Below are positions 1-8,700 of a stretch of 64,000 nt of DNA, piece after piece (within the stretch, counting starts at the first letter, position 1; each line of letters begins with the position of its first letter). The DNA is from a virus. Lineage: Duplodnaviria; Caudoviricetes. The notes under the pieces are model-generated. The model did not search any database and was not told the origin of the DNA. It worked only from the letters and a program-made list of their open reading frames with translations. The stretch is taken from IMG/VR virus record IMGVR_UViG_3300049140_000186, positions 1 through 64,000 of that record; one strand, 5' to 3'. The position numbers and the translations under genes are program-made.

Positions 1-198
1 GTGCAGGAAGCAAAACACGAGGCTGAAATCGTATATGGCGCGGCGAAAATTGCCGATGCCATCGGTGAACCTAACGTTCGCCGCGTCTACTATATGCTGG
101 AAAACGGTCATATTCCCGGTGCGCGCAGGTGGGGGCGGCGCGGATGGGCTTTGAGCATTCCGGCGTTCAGGCGCGCTGTGCACGGGGAGGCCGCCTGA
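1..198 (+). CDS. Excisionase/AlpA-like HTH DNA-binding protein (may be 5' partial)
   Basis: 65 aa, GAAKIADAIG..RRVYYMLENGHIPGARRWG pattern typical of MerR-like Xis. Confidence 0.6.
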   Translation: MQEAKHEAEIVYGAAKIADAIGEPNVRRVYYMLENGHIPGARRWGRRGWALSIPAFRRAVHGEAA

Positions 199-199
199 T

Positions 200-436
200 A
201 TGACCGGGCTTCCTGTAGCCACGATCAAGAAGAACAGCCGCGAAGAGATCCGCATCTCTCTCGACGTGTTCAATGGGCATCGGTTGTTCAATATGCGCGT
301 GTTCTTCGAAGCAGAAGACGGCGCGATGCGACCGGGCAAAAACGGCTTGGCCTTCAAGGTCGAAAAGCTGGAAGAGTTTGCCGAAGCAGTCACAACCGGG
401 CTGATGACGGCGAAGTCGAAAGGCTTTCTCAAATGA
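200..436 (+). CDS. PC4/YdbC-family ssDNA-binding protein
   Basis: IKKNSREEIRISLDVFNGHRLFNMRVFF...RPGKNGLAF, PC4 fold signature. Confidence 0.8.
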   Translation: MTGLPVATIKKNSREEIRISLDVFNGHRLFNMRVFFEAEDGAMRPGKNGLAFKVEKLEEFAEAVTTGLMTAKSKGFLK

Positions 437-633
437 GCGCGGCGGCGGGGGAGGTAGGGGGCGGCCTTCGAGTCGCCTCTTCTGTAATGGATGCCGCCCG
501 CTGGCTTGCTGGTGGGGGTGCTGCGGACGGTGAAGCCGTGGTCCCTCAGCTTCGCCGCGACTTCGGCCTCTCTGCGAAAGAGGCAATCGACGCGATTCGC
601 GCGGCTCAACAGATACGGGGCGCGCGGGCATGA
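433..633 (+). CDS. Hypothetical protein
   Basis: ATGA overlaps with both neighbours. Confidence 0.6.
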   Translation: MSAAAGEVGGGLRVASSVMDAARWLAGGGAADGEAVVPQLRRDFGLSAKEAIDAIRAAQQIRGARA

Positions 634-1106
634 GCAAGAAATACAAGCGCAAAGGCCAGCAGAAATTTGTTCTGGTGTGGGCGGCGACGATGAAAACAGC
701 CGCGTGGGCTGACCTGACACCCGCCGACATCGCGGTCTATCTGCAAGTCAAATACCGATACAACGGGACGAACAACGGGGGCATTGTCTGCGGCTGCCGC
801 GAACTGGCAACTGCCTGCAACATATCGAAGGACACGGCTAATCGCTCGCTGGTGCGGCTCCAGGAGCGGGGCTTCATCAAGGCGGTGAAGCAGGGCTATT
901 TCCGTCCGGGCTCTTCGGAAGATGGGTCGCTCAAGAACCGCGCGACCGAATGGCGGCTGACCGAATATCCCTGTGACGTGACCGGGGAACTGCCGACTAA
1001 GGATTATCATCGTTGGGAGCCGAACATTATTTCGGTCGCGCCTCGGGGACAGCGGGTATCACTACAGGGACCGTCGACCCTAAAACTGGTGGCTGCCAAT
1101 GGTTGA
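630..1106 (+). CDS. HTH replication-initiator-like protein
   Basis: YLQVKYRYNGTNNGGI..GCRELA..CNISKDTANRSLVRLQERGFI winged HTH; iteron-like repeats at its 3' end. Confidence 0.65.
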   Translation: MSKKYKRKGQQKFVLVWAATMKTAAWADLTPADIAVYLQVKYRYNGTNNGGIVCGCRELATACNISKDTANRSLVRLQERGFIKAVKQGYFRPGSSEDGSLKNRATEWRLTEYPCDVTGELPTKDYHRWEPNIISVAPRGQRVSLQGPSTLKLVAANG

Positions 1107-1192
1107 CGGTATCACCACAGGGACCGTGACCCTGATACCCGGCCAAATCGGGTATCACCACAGGGACACATATATATCTACCACAGGGGATA
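1055..1192 (+). repeat. Iteron-like repeats GGTATCAC(C/T)ACAGGGAC (putative ori)
   Basis: Copies start at 1055, 1108 and 1151, with a degenerate copy at ~1174 after an AT-rich TATATAT. Confidence 0.75.
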
Positions 1193-1330
1193 CTGCGACG
1201 GGTAAGCGCTGTGCTAGCCCCCATGAGCGCAGCGTACCCAAAACGCAGGCGCTCGATGGGGGCGGTGTGTCGAGTGCTGCCCTACTCCCTACCTTCCTTC
1301 CAAAGCCTTCTGAAAAAAAGGGGTGCCGGC

Positions 1331-1624
1331 ATGGCTGAACATTCCTTTCCTCTCTTCGAATGGGACCCGCCCGCAAAAGTGGTGGCCTTCCCTTTATCAA
1401 GGAGGCTGGCAAAAATTCGGCGCGTCGCCGATCTGCTCGACAAGCGGCAAGGCTCCGAAGCGGATTCCTACTGGAAGACCACGGTGCGCGGGCTCGCCGA
1501 TCAACTGGCGCGGGCTGGTGTCCCTGCTGACGACATCAACCGTGAACTGCTGGAATTTCAAGAGGCGGTCCAGGCCGAACTTCGGCGGCGCTTCACAAGC
1601 TGGGAACCGGGGGACTGCGCATGA
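1331..1624 (+). CDS. Hypothetical protein (DUF6074-like)
   Basis: LFEWDPPAKVVAFPLSRR..KIRRVA motif. Confidence 0.55.
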   Translation: MAEHSFPLFEWDPPAKVVAFPLSRRLAKIRRVADLLDKRQGSEADSYWKTTVRGLADQLARAGVPADDINRELLEFQEAVQAELRRRFTSWEPGDCA

Positions 1625-1926
1625 TGACGGAAGATGAACCCGGTTTGCCGCTCGGGGATGCGGTCGCGAAGCCTGAACCGCAAGCGGATGCTAGCGAACC
1701 GTACCTGCCGCTAGAAACGGAAACTGGCAGCAAAATCGATTGGAACAACAGCGAGGATGTAATCGTGCGGGAACAACGGTCGATTGCGGTCTATCGGAAC
1801 CGTTATGGCGGCGTCGTCATCCTGGAAGAGGCCGGCGCGCTCGATGACGAAGACATGTGGATGGTGCTGTCTTCTCAAGAGGCGCTTCGCCGGCTGATAG
1901 CCGCGCTTCAAGAGCATTTGGAATGA
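1621..1926 (+). CDS. Hypothetical protein
   Basis: Coupled ORF, 101 aa. Confidence 0.6.
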   Translation: MMTEDEPGLPLGDAVAKPEPQADASEPYLPLETETGSKIDWNNSEDVIVREQRSIAVYRNRYGGVVILEEAGALDDEDMWMVLSSQEALRRLIAALQEHLE

Positions 1927-1987
1927 TGATGCCTCGCGTGCATGCGCGTGCGCGCGCGTGAGGGCAACAGAAAAGGGCAATTGGCAC

Positions 1988-2509
1988 ATGAACAAGCACG
2001 TTGACACGAAATGGCCGTGGTATGCGGTCCAGACCGATCCCATGGCGGAAATCAAGGCGGCTCGCGAATTGAAGCTGGGCGGCTATGAAGCGTACTGTCC
2101 GACTTGGCGCAAGGAGTACCGGCATCACCGAACGAAAAAGTGGACATCCAAGGAATTTGCTCTTTTTGGCCGCTACGTTTTCATTCGCCTTGCGGCGGAC
2201 CTGGGCGGGCTCGAAACATTCGACGGTGTTCAGGGCCTTCTCCGAACCAAGCAAGGCTTCGCGGTGCCGATCGATGAAGACGAGATGGCGCGGCTCAAGC
2301 GGCTTGTCGACACTGGCGTCTTGGACCAGATGCGCGACCACGGCCTGAAGATTAAGCCCGGTCCCGTGCGGATTGAGGAAGGGCAATTCGTCGGCCTCGT
2401 CGGGCTGCTGGAAAGCGTGAAGGATGCCGGGAGGGCTCGGGTGCTTGTGGAAATCCTCGGGCGTTCGGTGCCTACGGAAATCGAAGTCGAGAACCTGGTG
2501 CAAGTGTGA
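1988..2509 (+). CDS. NusG/RfaH-family antiterminator (NGN + KOW)
   Basis: WYAVQT..AE..AARELK..GYEAYCP; LFGRYVFI; C-terminal KOW VRIEEGQFVGLVG. Confidence 0.85.
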   Translation: MNKHVDTKWPWYAVQTDPMAEIKAARELKLGGYEAYCPTWRKEYRHHRTKKWTSKEFALFGRYVFIRLAADLGGLETFDGVQGLLRTKQGFAVPIDEDEMARLKRLVDTGVLDQMRDHGLKIKPGPVRIEEGQFVGLVGLLESVKDAGRARVLVEILGRSVPTEIEVENLVQV

Positions 2510-2811
2510 TGGCGCAAGACATCGGCGCAATAGACTTCGCCGACTTCACGCGGCAAGCGGGCAAGCCTGACCGCGCCGAAATCAAGGTCGGAAGCCTGCC
2601 AGCTTTCACCGCATGGATAGAGCGGCAAATCCCGCTCGTCCGTGACGATAGCTATCTCGGGCGGGGCGCTTCATTCGTTGGCGTGCCGGTGGTCCATAGC
2701 AGGCTGGTTCCCGGCAACATGGCTGTGCTGCTGGTCAATGATGAGGTGCAAGCCGTCGTAAGGCTCGATTCGGCGGGGTGTCGGACAATGGACGCAGACA
2801 ACCATCTGTAA
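2506..2811 (+). CDS. Hypothetical protein
   Basis: Overlaps the NusG-like stop. Confidence 0.55.
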   Translation: MMAQDIGAIDFADFTRQAGKPDRAEIKVGSLPAFTAWIERQIPLVRDDSYLGRGASFVGVPVVHSRLVPGNMAVLLVNDEVQAVVRLDSAGCRTMDADNHL

Positions 2812-2938
2812 TTGTTCACGTTATCAGGAGCCGGGACGCACGGAAGACGCAGCCGGGACGCAAGCACCTGGGGACACTCGGCGGGACAGTGCGCGGGACG
2901 CATCATAGGAATAAAAGCCGAAACAGTGTTCATAGAAC

Positions 2939-2967
2939 TTGCAACGAAGGCGATTCCGTGCGATATT
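2939..2967 (+). promoter_or_regulatory. Putative sigma70 late promoter
   Basis: TTGCAA-N17-GATATT downstream of the antiterminator, facing the terminase genes. Confidence 0.45.
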
Positions 2968-3071
2968 GTCGGGGTTGATTTGCGTCCGTCTGTGCGGGGC
3001 CATTTTGCGCTACACGCCGGGACGATGTGGGGAACCTTCCGCCCCCACGGGTAGGGCATATTGCCTGGAAT

Positions 3072-3356
3072 TTAGCTTAGAGTTCCCCATTCGTCCGACC
3101 AGCGCGCGTCACCTTCGAGCAGAATCACAACGCGCTGTAACGCTAGACTTCTCTGGGTTCGGATGGCGTGGTTCAAGACATCGGGCACGGGTTGTGGGTT
3201 ACCGAGAGCGGGTCCCACTATCATCCCGTAGGAGCCCATTCTAGGGTCCCAATCAGCCTCGGCTACCGTTTGGCCGTCAACAACGAAGACGCGAACGGTC
3301 ACCGCATCTGGCGTTTCATCGGTGTAAACGCGCTCAAAGACGTTGGCAGAAGGCAC
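3072..3356 (-). CDS. Hypothetical protein (antisense cargo)
   Basis: 94-aa ORF, 5 nt from the upstream minus-strand ORF. Confidence 0.5.
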   Translation of the reverse strand: MPSANVFERVYTDETPDAVTVRVFVVDGQTVAEADWDPRMGSYGMIVGPALGNPQPVPDVLNHAIRTQRSLALQRVVILLEGDARWSDEWGTLS

Positions 3357-3361
3357 GTCAG

Positions 3362-3595
3362 CTACTCCACACCCATGATAAACGGGATGGCCCCACCCTG
3401 CGCCTCACGCTTTGCCTTCTCTAGGAAAGCAAGCCGATCATCGGCCTCATAGTGCCTGATGGTTTCAAGACTAGATCGTGAAATGCGAAATCTGCCGCAG
3501 GTCGGACAGATCATCTCGGCGAAATCTCCGATGCGCGGTAGAGCCTCTCTCGCCGGCTCATTCGACACGGGGCAGTCGTCATTGCTCCAGTCCAT
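3362..3595 (-). CDS. Small Cys-rich (Zn-ribbon-like) protein
   Basis: CPVSN...CPTCGRFRIS; AAGGAG SD before the ATG at 3595. Confidence 0.6.
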   Translation of the reverse strand: MDWSNDDCPVSNEPAREALPRIGDFAEMICPTCGRFRISRSSLETIRHYEADDRLAFLEKAKREAQGGAIPFIMGVE

Positions 3596-3808
3596 TGCTC
3601 GCTCTCCTTCCGAGAGATAGCAAAGCACCAACACTGTTTTCGGGCAAGCGCCCGTCATCGAATCTGCCCCGGTCCTTTCAGCGCTGATACCGGCTACGCG
3701 TCCAAAAGCTTCCGCTCGATCCTCAGAAGAATTCGGTGGGGCAGTGCGCTAAGGGGTTAGCGTCCATTGGACCGGGTAAGCGGTTGCGCCGGAACCTCTC
3801 TAACAAGC

Positions 3809-4015
3809 TCAGTTGGTTCGGCCGCCTCTCGACTGCACCATGTCGAGGAACTGCTGTAGGTTCCCGACCATCGCTTGGGCACCTTCCTCGTTGATGGCGA
3901 ATTCGAAGGTCAAATCGCCGGTCTGAAGGGTAAGAACGGCAACTATCGTCTGGCCATCTTCCGATTCCACGGCGTCCATTGCGAAGCCGGTCACGGGCAT
4001 TGGGGTATCGGTCAT
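3809..4015 (-). CDS. Hypothetical protein
   Basis: 68 aa, MTDTPMPVTGF. Confidence 0.5.
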   Translation of the reverse strand: MTDTPMPVTGFAMDAVESEDGQTIVAVLTLQTGDLTFEFAINEEGAQAMVGNLQQFLDMVQSRGGRTN

Positions 4016-4026
4016 GACGGTTCCTT

Positions 4027-4245
4027 TCAGTCCAGCGGCTCGCCTGGGTATGTCTGCTTCCAGAGCATTCGGTGACTCGCTGCGACTATCTGGCGGATGC
4101 CAGTCAACTCGCCGTAGAGGCCGACAAGCGCCGCGCCAATGAACACGGCTGTCCAAGTGTAAGCGCCGTCGAATTCCCACCAGTTCACTATCAGCGGACC
4201 AACCGCGAAAAACAGGTTGGTAGCTCCTTGGCCTAATTCCTTCAT
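4027..4245 (-). CDS. Small membrane protein
   Basis: Hydrophobic segments; GAGGGG SD. Confidence 0.5.
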   Translation of the reverse strand: MKELGQGATNLFFAVGPLIVNWWEFDGAYTWTAVFIGAALVGLYGELTGIRQIVAASHRMLWKQTYPGEPLD

Positions 4246-4297
4246 TGGTTTCCCCTCCGCAGAACCTTCCCATACTAGCAAAGAAAATCCCCAGCAC

Positions 4298-4750
4298 ATG
4301 AGCGATTTAACTGCAAAGCGGGAAGCGTTCGCACTGGCCTATGTCGAGACCGGCAACGGCTCCAAGGCCTATCGGCAGGCGTTCGATGTCGGGAAGGATA
4401 CCAAGCCAGAAACCATCTGGTCGGAAGCCTCTCGCCTCCTGGCTGACCCTAAGGTGTCCGCAAGGGTGGATGAGCTCCAGGCGACGGCTCGCGACATGGC
4501 GCTAGTCTCGGTCGGGACGCTGACCAAAGAGCTAGAAGAGGCTCGGTCAATGGCGATGACAGAGAAGACGCCTTCGGCCGCTATCAGCGCCACGATGGGC
4601 AAAGCCAAGCTACATGGCCTGCTGGTTGAAAAGGTCGAGGCAACCGGGAAAGACGGTGCGCCGCTGGTGCCTGAGACATCATCCCGCGAACTGGCGAAGG
4701 CTATTTCCTACCTCCTGGCAAAAGGCCTGAAAGCGAAGGCTGGTGGCTGA
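4298..4750 (+). CDS. terS: Terminase small subunit
   Basis: LTAKREAFALAYVETGNGSKAYRQAF..ASRLL.DPKVSARVDEL; immediately upstream of TerL. Confidence 0.85.
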   Translation: MSDLTAKREAFALAYVETGNGSKAYRQAFDVGKDTKPETIWSEASRLLADPKVSARVDELQATARDMALVSVGTLTKELEEARSMAMTEKTPSAAISATMGKAKLHGLLVEKVEATGKDGAPLVPETSSRELAKAISYLLAKGLKAKAGG

Positions 4751-6323
4751 CGCGGTAGCAGTCGACCTTCGGGCGCTCGAATCCGTCATAAGCCAACTAT
4801 CTGCCGAAGACCGGCAGGAACTGGTCGCTATGGCCGCTGGCGAACTCGCCAAGCCGTTCCGGCCTAATCCTGGGGCTCAGACCGAAGCGTTGGAAAGCCT
4901 TGCTGATATCCTGCTGTATGGCGGGCAAGCGGGCGGCGGCAAGTCGGCGCTGGAAGTCGGGTGCGCCGCTAACAATCACATGTCGGGGCTGATCCTCCGA
5001 CGCGAAGCTTCGCAACTAGACGGCCTGATTGAGTTCTCCCGGCAAATCCTCTCCGATCACGGAGAGTTCGTCGGCGGCAACGATAACGTCTGGAAGCTGA
5101 ACAACGGGGGCCGCATCAAGTTCGCCGGCCTCAAGCAACCCGACGACTGGCGCAAGCACGCTGGCAATGCTCGGGATTTTATCGCGTTCGATGAAGCGGG
5201 TGAGTTTCTAAAGGAACAGGTCTTCTCGCTCATAGGCTGGCTGCGCACCACGAAAGAGGGGCAACGCTGCCGGGTCATCCTCGGGTCAAACCCGCCGCGT
5301 GGTGGCGATGGCCTCTGGATGATTGAAGAGTTCGCGCCGTGGCTCGATCCCAACTATCCGAACCGGGCTCTGCCTGGGGAACTGCGCTGGGCTATCGTGG
5401 TCGGCGGCACAACGGAATGGGTCGACGGTCCTGGCGCATATGAACGTGGCGGCGAAGAGTACGTCGCAATGTCCCGGACCTTCATCCCGGCCGGTCTCGA
5501 TGACAACCCGTATGTCGACCCTGGCTATAGGGCTCGCCTCCAGGCTCTCCCGGAACCGCTTCGCTCGCAACTGCTGTACGGCGATTTCCAAGCCGGCCGC
5601 GAAGATGACGAATGGCAACTGTTCCCTGGTGAGTGGGTAAAGGCCGCACAAGCAAGGTGGAAGCCTGACGGCTATCAGGGCCTCAAGATGACGGCTCTGG
5701 CTGTCGACGTGGCGCAAGGTGGCCCTGACAGTTCGACGCTCGCCCCTCGATACGGGACATGGTTTGCGCCGCTGGTCGTGAAGCCTGGCGCTGAAACGCC
5801 TGACGGGCCTGCAATCGGGGCAATGGTCTTCGGGGCTCGTCGTGACGGTGCTGGCGTCATCATCGATGTGGGCGGCGGGTATGGTGGCGGCGCGGTAACG
5901 TTCCTCAAGGACAACGGCGTCTCTGTCTCGGCCTACAACGCCTCGCACACCTCAACGGCTCGCTCGAGCGATGGGCAGTGGACTTTCCTTAACAAGCGGG
6001 CCGAAGCGCATTGGCGTCTTCGTGAGGCTCTAGACCCTTCGCAAGAGGGCGGGTCCATCATTGCTCTGCCTCCGGACCCTTTGCTGCTCGCCGATCTGAT
6101 CGCCATCCGGTGGAAGCCGGTAAAGGTGGCGACAATCCAGGTTGAAGAGAAAGTCGCAATCAAAGCTCGGCTCGGGCGCTCTCCTGATCGTGGCGACGCG
6201 GTTGTCATGGCCTGGTCGGAAGGCACGAAACTAGCAATCCGCAAGCTGCATAGCGATGCGCTAGGCGGGCGGCTCCCTCAAGTGGTGGTCGGCCATGCCG
6301 GCGCAAAGAAAGGTCGGCGGTAA
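4743..6323 (+). CDS. terL: Terminase large subunit
   Basis: Walker A YGGQAGGGKS, Walker B FIAFDEAGEF, SNPP motif, nuclease AVDVAQGG and SPDRGDA. Confidence 0.92.
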   Translation: MADAVAVDLRALESVISQLSAEDRQELVAMAAGELAKPFRPNPGAQTEALESLADILLYGGQAGGGKSALEVGCAANNHMSGLILRREASQLDGLIEFSRQILSDHGEFVGGNDNVWKLNNGGRIKFAGLKQPDDWRKHAGNARDFIAFDEAGEFLKEQVFSLIGWLRTTKEGQRCRVILGSNPPRGGDGLWMIEEFAPWLDPNYPNRALPGELRWAIVVGGTTEWVDGPGAYERGGEEYVAMSRTFIPAGLDDNPYVDPGYRARLQALPEPLRSQLLYGDFQAGREDDEWQLFPGEWVKAAQARWKPDGYQGLKMTALAVDVAQGGPDSSTLAPRYGTWFAPLVVKPGAETPDGPAIGAMVFGARRDGAGVIIDVGGGYGGGAVTFLKDNGVSVSAYNASHTSTARSSDGQWTFLNKRAEAHWRLREALDPSQEGGSIIALPPDPLLLADLIAIRWKPVKVATIQVEEKVAIKARLGRSPDRGDAVVMAWSEGTKLAIRKLHSDALGGRLPQVVVGHAGAKKGRR

Positions 6324-6565
6324 TGGATCTGAAACAGACGCTCCACGGCATGACGCTGCTGGGCATCGTGGCCGCTGCTGGCCTCGTCCAGGGCAACGAA
6401 ACGGCGTGGCAGATGGCTGGCCTGTGTGCGGCCATGGCCTTCGTGACGGAAGAACTGCGGACGGCAGGCGACGCGTGGGCGCGTCCATCCCTGCATGTGG
6501 CGGCATTCATCACGGCAATGGTGTCCTGGGCTGCGGCATCCATCGCCGCGACTTCCCTGCTCTGA
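6323..6565 (+). CDS. Small membrane protein
   Basis: Hydrophobic 80-aa ORF coupled to TerL. Confidence 0.55.
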   Translation: MDLKQTLHGMTLLGIVAAAGLVQGNETAWQMAGLCAAMAFVTEELRTAGDAWARPSLHVAAFITAMVSWAAASIAATSLL

Positions 6566-6586
6566 ACGGAAAAGGAAACAAATCCT

Positions 6587-6775
6587 ATGTCGAACCTCTT
6601 CAAAAAGCCGGAACAGCCGAAGCTTCAGCCTGTGACCCGCATGCCGGATCAGGAAGACCCTGCCATCAAGGAAGAGCGTCGGAAGCGTGCTGCCGAGATG
6701 CGGGCGCGTGGCGGTCGGGATTCGACCATCATGTCTGACAATCTGGTCGGCGCTACCGGCAAGCTGGGGGCCTAA
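6587..6775 (+). CDS. Conserved small virion-module protein upstream of portal
   Basis: Strong SD; ..GGRDSTIMS..LG C-terminus typical at this position. Confidence 0.7.
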   Translation: MSNLFKKPEQPKLQPVTRMPDQEDPAIKEERRKRAAEMRARGGRDSTIMSDNLVGATGKLGA

Positions 6776-8416
6776 ATGGCTATCTCCCGCCCGGTTCAAG
6801 ACATCATTGAGCATGGGAACCGTCTGTTCACGCAGAAGGAACCTCTCAATATCCATTGTCAGGAGCTGGCGGAACACTTCTACTATGACCGGGCCGACTT
6901 CACGGGCTCGCTCAACATCGGCGATGACTTCGCTGCGGGCTCCTTCACCTCCCGCGCCTCCCTCTATCGTCGGGAACTCGGCGACTCCTACCGGACGTTT
7001 CTGCGGCCTCCTGACTTCTTCGAAGTGAAGGCGCTGGATGATGACCGCAACAAGCGCTCTGACGCTCGGGAATGGCTGCAATACGCTACGAAGCTCCAGC
7101 GCTCGGCCATGTACCGGCAGGGGGCGTTCTTCACTCGGGCAACCAATATCGGCGACCATGACCACGTGACCTTCGGACAAGCGGTGCTTGATGTCTGCCC
7201 GACAAAGGAACGCAACGCGCTCTATTACAAGGCGTGGCATTTCCGCGATGTGGCCTGGGCCGAAGACTACACTGGCGCGATTTCGGACGTTCACCGCAAC
7301 GAGACGTGCGACCTGATCAACGTCGTCCAGCTATTCGGCGACAAGGTACCGGAAGCGCTGCGCAAGGACGCGGGGAAGACGCCTCGCCGGCCAATCAAGC
7401 TTCGTCATGTGGTAGTGCCTTCGGGCTCCTATGACCTGGGCTATACGCCTCGCAAGGGGCAGGATTGGGCCTCTCTGTGGGTGATGCCTGACGAAGGCGA
7501 AGTCATTGAGAACATAGCGCGAAGCTATCGCGGCTATGTCATTCCTCGGGCTGCTACCGTCTCGGGCTCGCAATATGCCCGCTCGCCGTTCACCTCCATC
7601 ATTCTGCCGGATGCCCGCACAACGCAGGCTATCGAACGCATTCTGCTTGAAGCCGGCGAAAAGGCGATTGACCCGCCGATGATTGGGCAACTCGACGTTG
7701 TGCGCTCCGATGTCGGCCTGTATGCGGGCGGCATTACCTGGCTCGATGCGCAGTATGATGAACGCCTGGGCGAAGGCCTGCGACCTCTCAACATTGACAG
7801 TTCGGCGCTGCCGCACGGCTCGGACATGGCTGCCCGGTTCGATATGGTCATCCGTGAAGGCCTGATGCGCAATCAAATCAGCCTGCCGGAAACTTCGGGC
7901 AAGACGGCCTACGAAGTCCGCAAGATTGTCGAACAGCAAATGCGGGCGCACATTCCAATCTTCGAACCTGTCGAGGTGGAATACAACGAACCGCTCTGCG
8001 CCGAGACGTTCGCCGTCATGCGCGCCATGGGTGCGTTCCCGGTCGATGAAATCCCGCAATCGCTCCAGAACTCCAGCATCGAGTTTTCTTTCAAGTCGCC
8101 GATTAAGGAGCTGGAAGACGACGGCATGCGTCACAAGTTCGTCGAGGGCATGGAACTGCTCTCGGTCGCGGCCAAGGTCGACCCGCTCGTCGCCAAGCTT
8201 CCGAACGCCGTGGAAATCTCGAAAGACCTGTTGCGCGGCACGGGCTGGAAAGAAAGCTGGATCAACGACGACAAGGCGCTGGCGAAGGCTTCGGAAGCCA
8301 TGGACGCCGAAATCCAGGCGCAAGGACAGGCCGAAGCGGTGGGTGGCGTTGCCGCTGCTGCCGGCAAGGCTGCTCCGATGGTCAAGGCGATGGCTGACAT
8401 GGGGCAAGCTGCCTGA
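6776..8416 (+). CDS. Head-tail connector (portal), T7/BPP-1 type
   Basis: 546 aa; DHVTFGQAVL, EKAIDPPMI, KTAYEVRK motifs; position after TerL. Confidence 0.88.
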   Translation: MAISRPVQDIIEHGNRLFTQKEPLNIHCQELAEHFYYDRADFTGSLNIGDDFAAGSFTSRASLYRRELGDSYRTFLRPPDFFEVKALDDDRNKRSDAREWLQYATKLQRSAMYRQGAFFTRATNIGDHDHVTFGQAVLDVCPTKERNALYYKAWHFRDVAWAEDYTGAISDVHRNETCDLINVVQLFGDKVPEALRKDAGKTPRRPIKLRHVVVPSGSYDLGYTPRKGQDWASLWVMPDEGEVIENIARSYRGYVIPRAATVSGSQYARSPFTSIILPDARTTQAIERILLEAGEKAIDPPMIGQLDVVRSDVGLYAGGITWLDAQYDERLGEGLRPLNIDSSALPHGSDMAARFDMVIREGLMRNQISLPETSGKTAYEVRKIVEQQMRAHIPIFEPVEVEYNEPLCAETFAVMRAMGAFPVDEIPQSLQNSSIEFSFKSPIKELEDDGMRHKFVEGMELLSVAAKVDPLVAKLPNAVEISKDLLRGTGWKESWINDDKALAKASEAMDAEIQAQGQAEAVGGVAAAAGKAAPMVKAMADMGQAA

Positions 8417-8682
8417 TGGAACGGCCTCATATCGCTTTCATGCCGGCGAAGTACGATGACTTGGACGTTGAGGCTATCAAGGCGATAGCTGCCGGCAATG
8501 CTTCGCCCGGTCAACAGCAACGCGGCCTCAACTGGATCATACACAAGGCGGCGATGACCTACGATGAACCTTTTGTTCCCGGCCAAGTGGATCTGACTTC
8601 GCACCTCACCGGGCGGGCCAATGTTGGCCGGCAAATCGTCAAGCTGGTGAACGTGCCAATTGACCTTCTCTCCAAGAAGTAA
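8416..8682 (+). CDS. Bbp19-like phage protein
   Basis: LNWII..AAMTYDEPFVPG...GRANVGRQI. Confidence 0.6.
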   Translation: MERPHIAFMPAKYDDLDVEAIKAIAAGNASPGQQQRGLNWIIHKAAMTYDEPFVPGQVDLTSHLTGRANVGRQIVKLVNVPIDLLSKK

Positions 8683-8700
8683 AACCCCGAAAGGCTGATT

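Noticed and set aside
3791-3814. GGAAC...AGTT as an EcfG promoter
   Set aside because: Spacer is 15 nt and no plus-strand gene follows nearby
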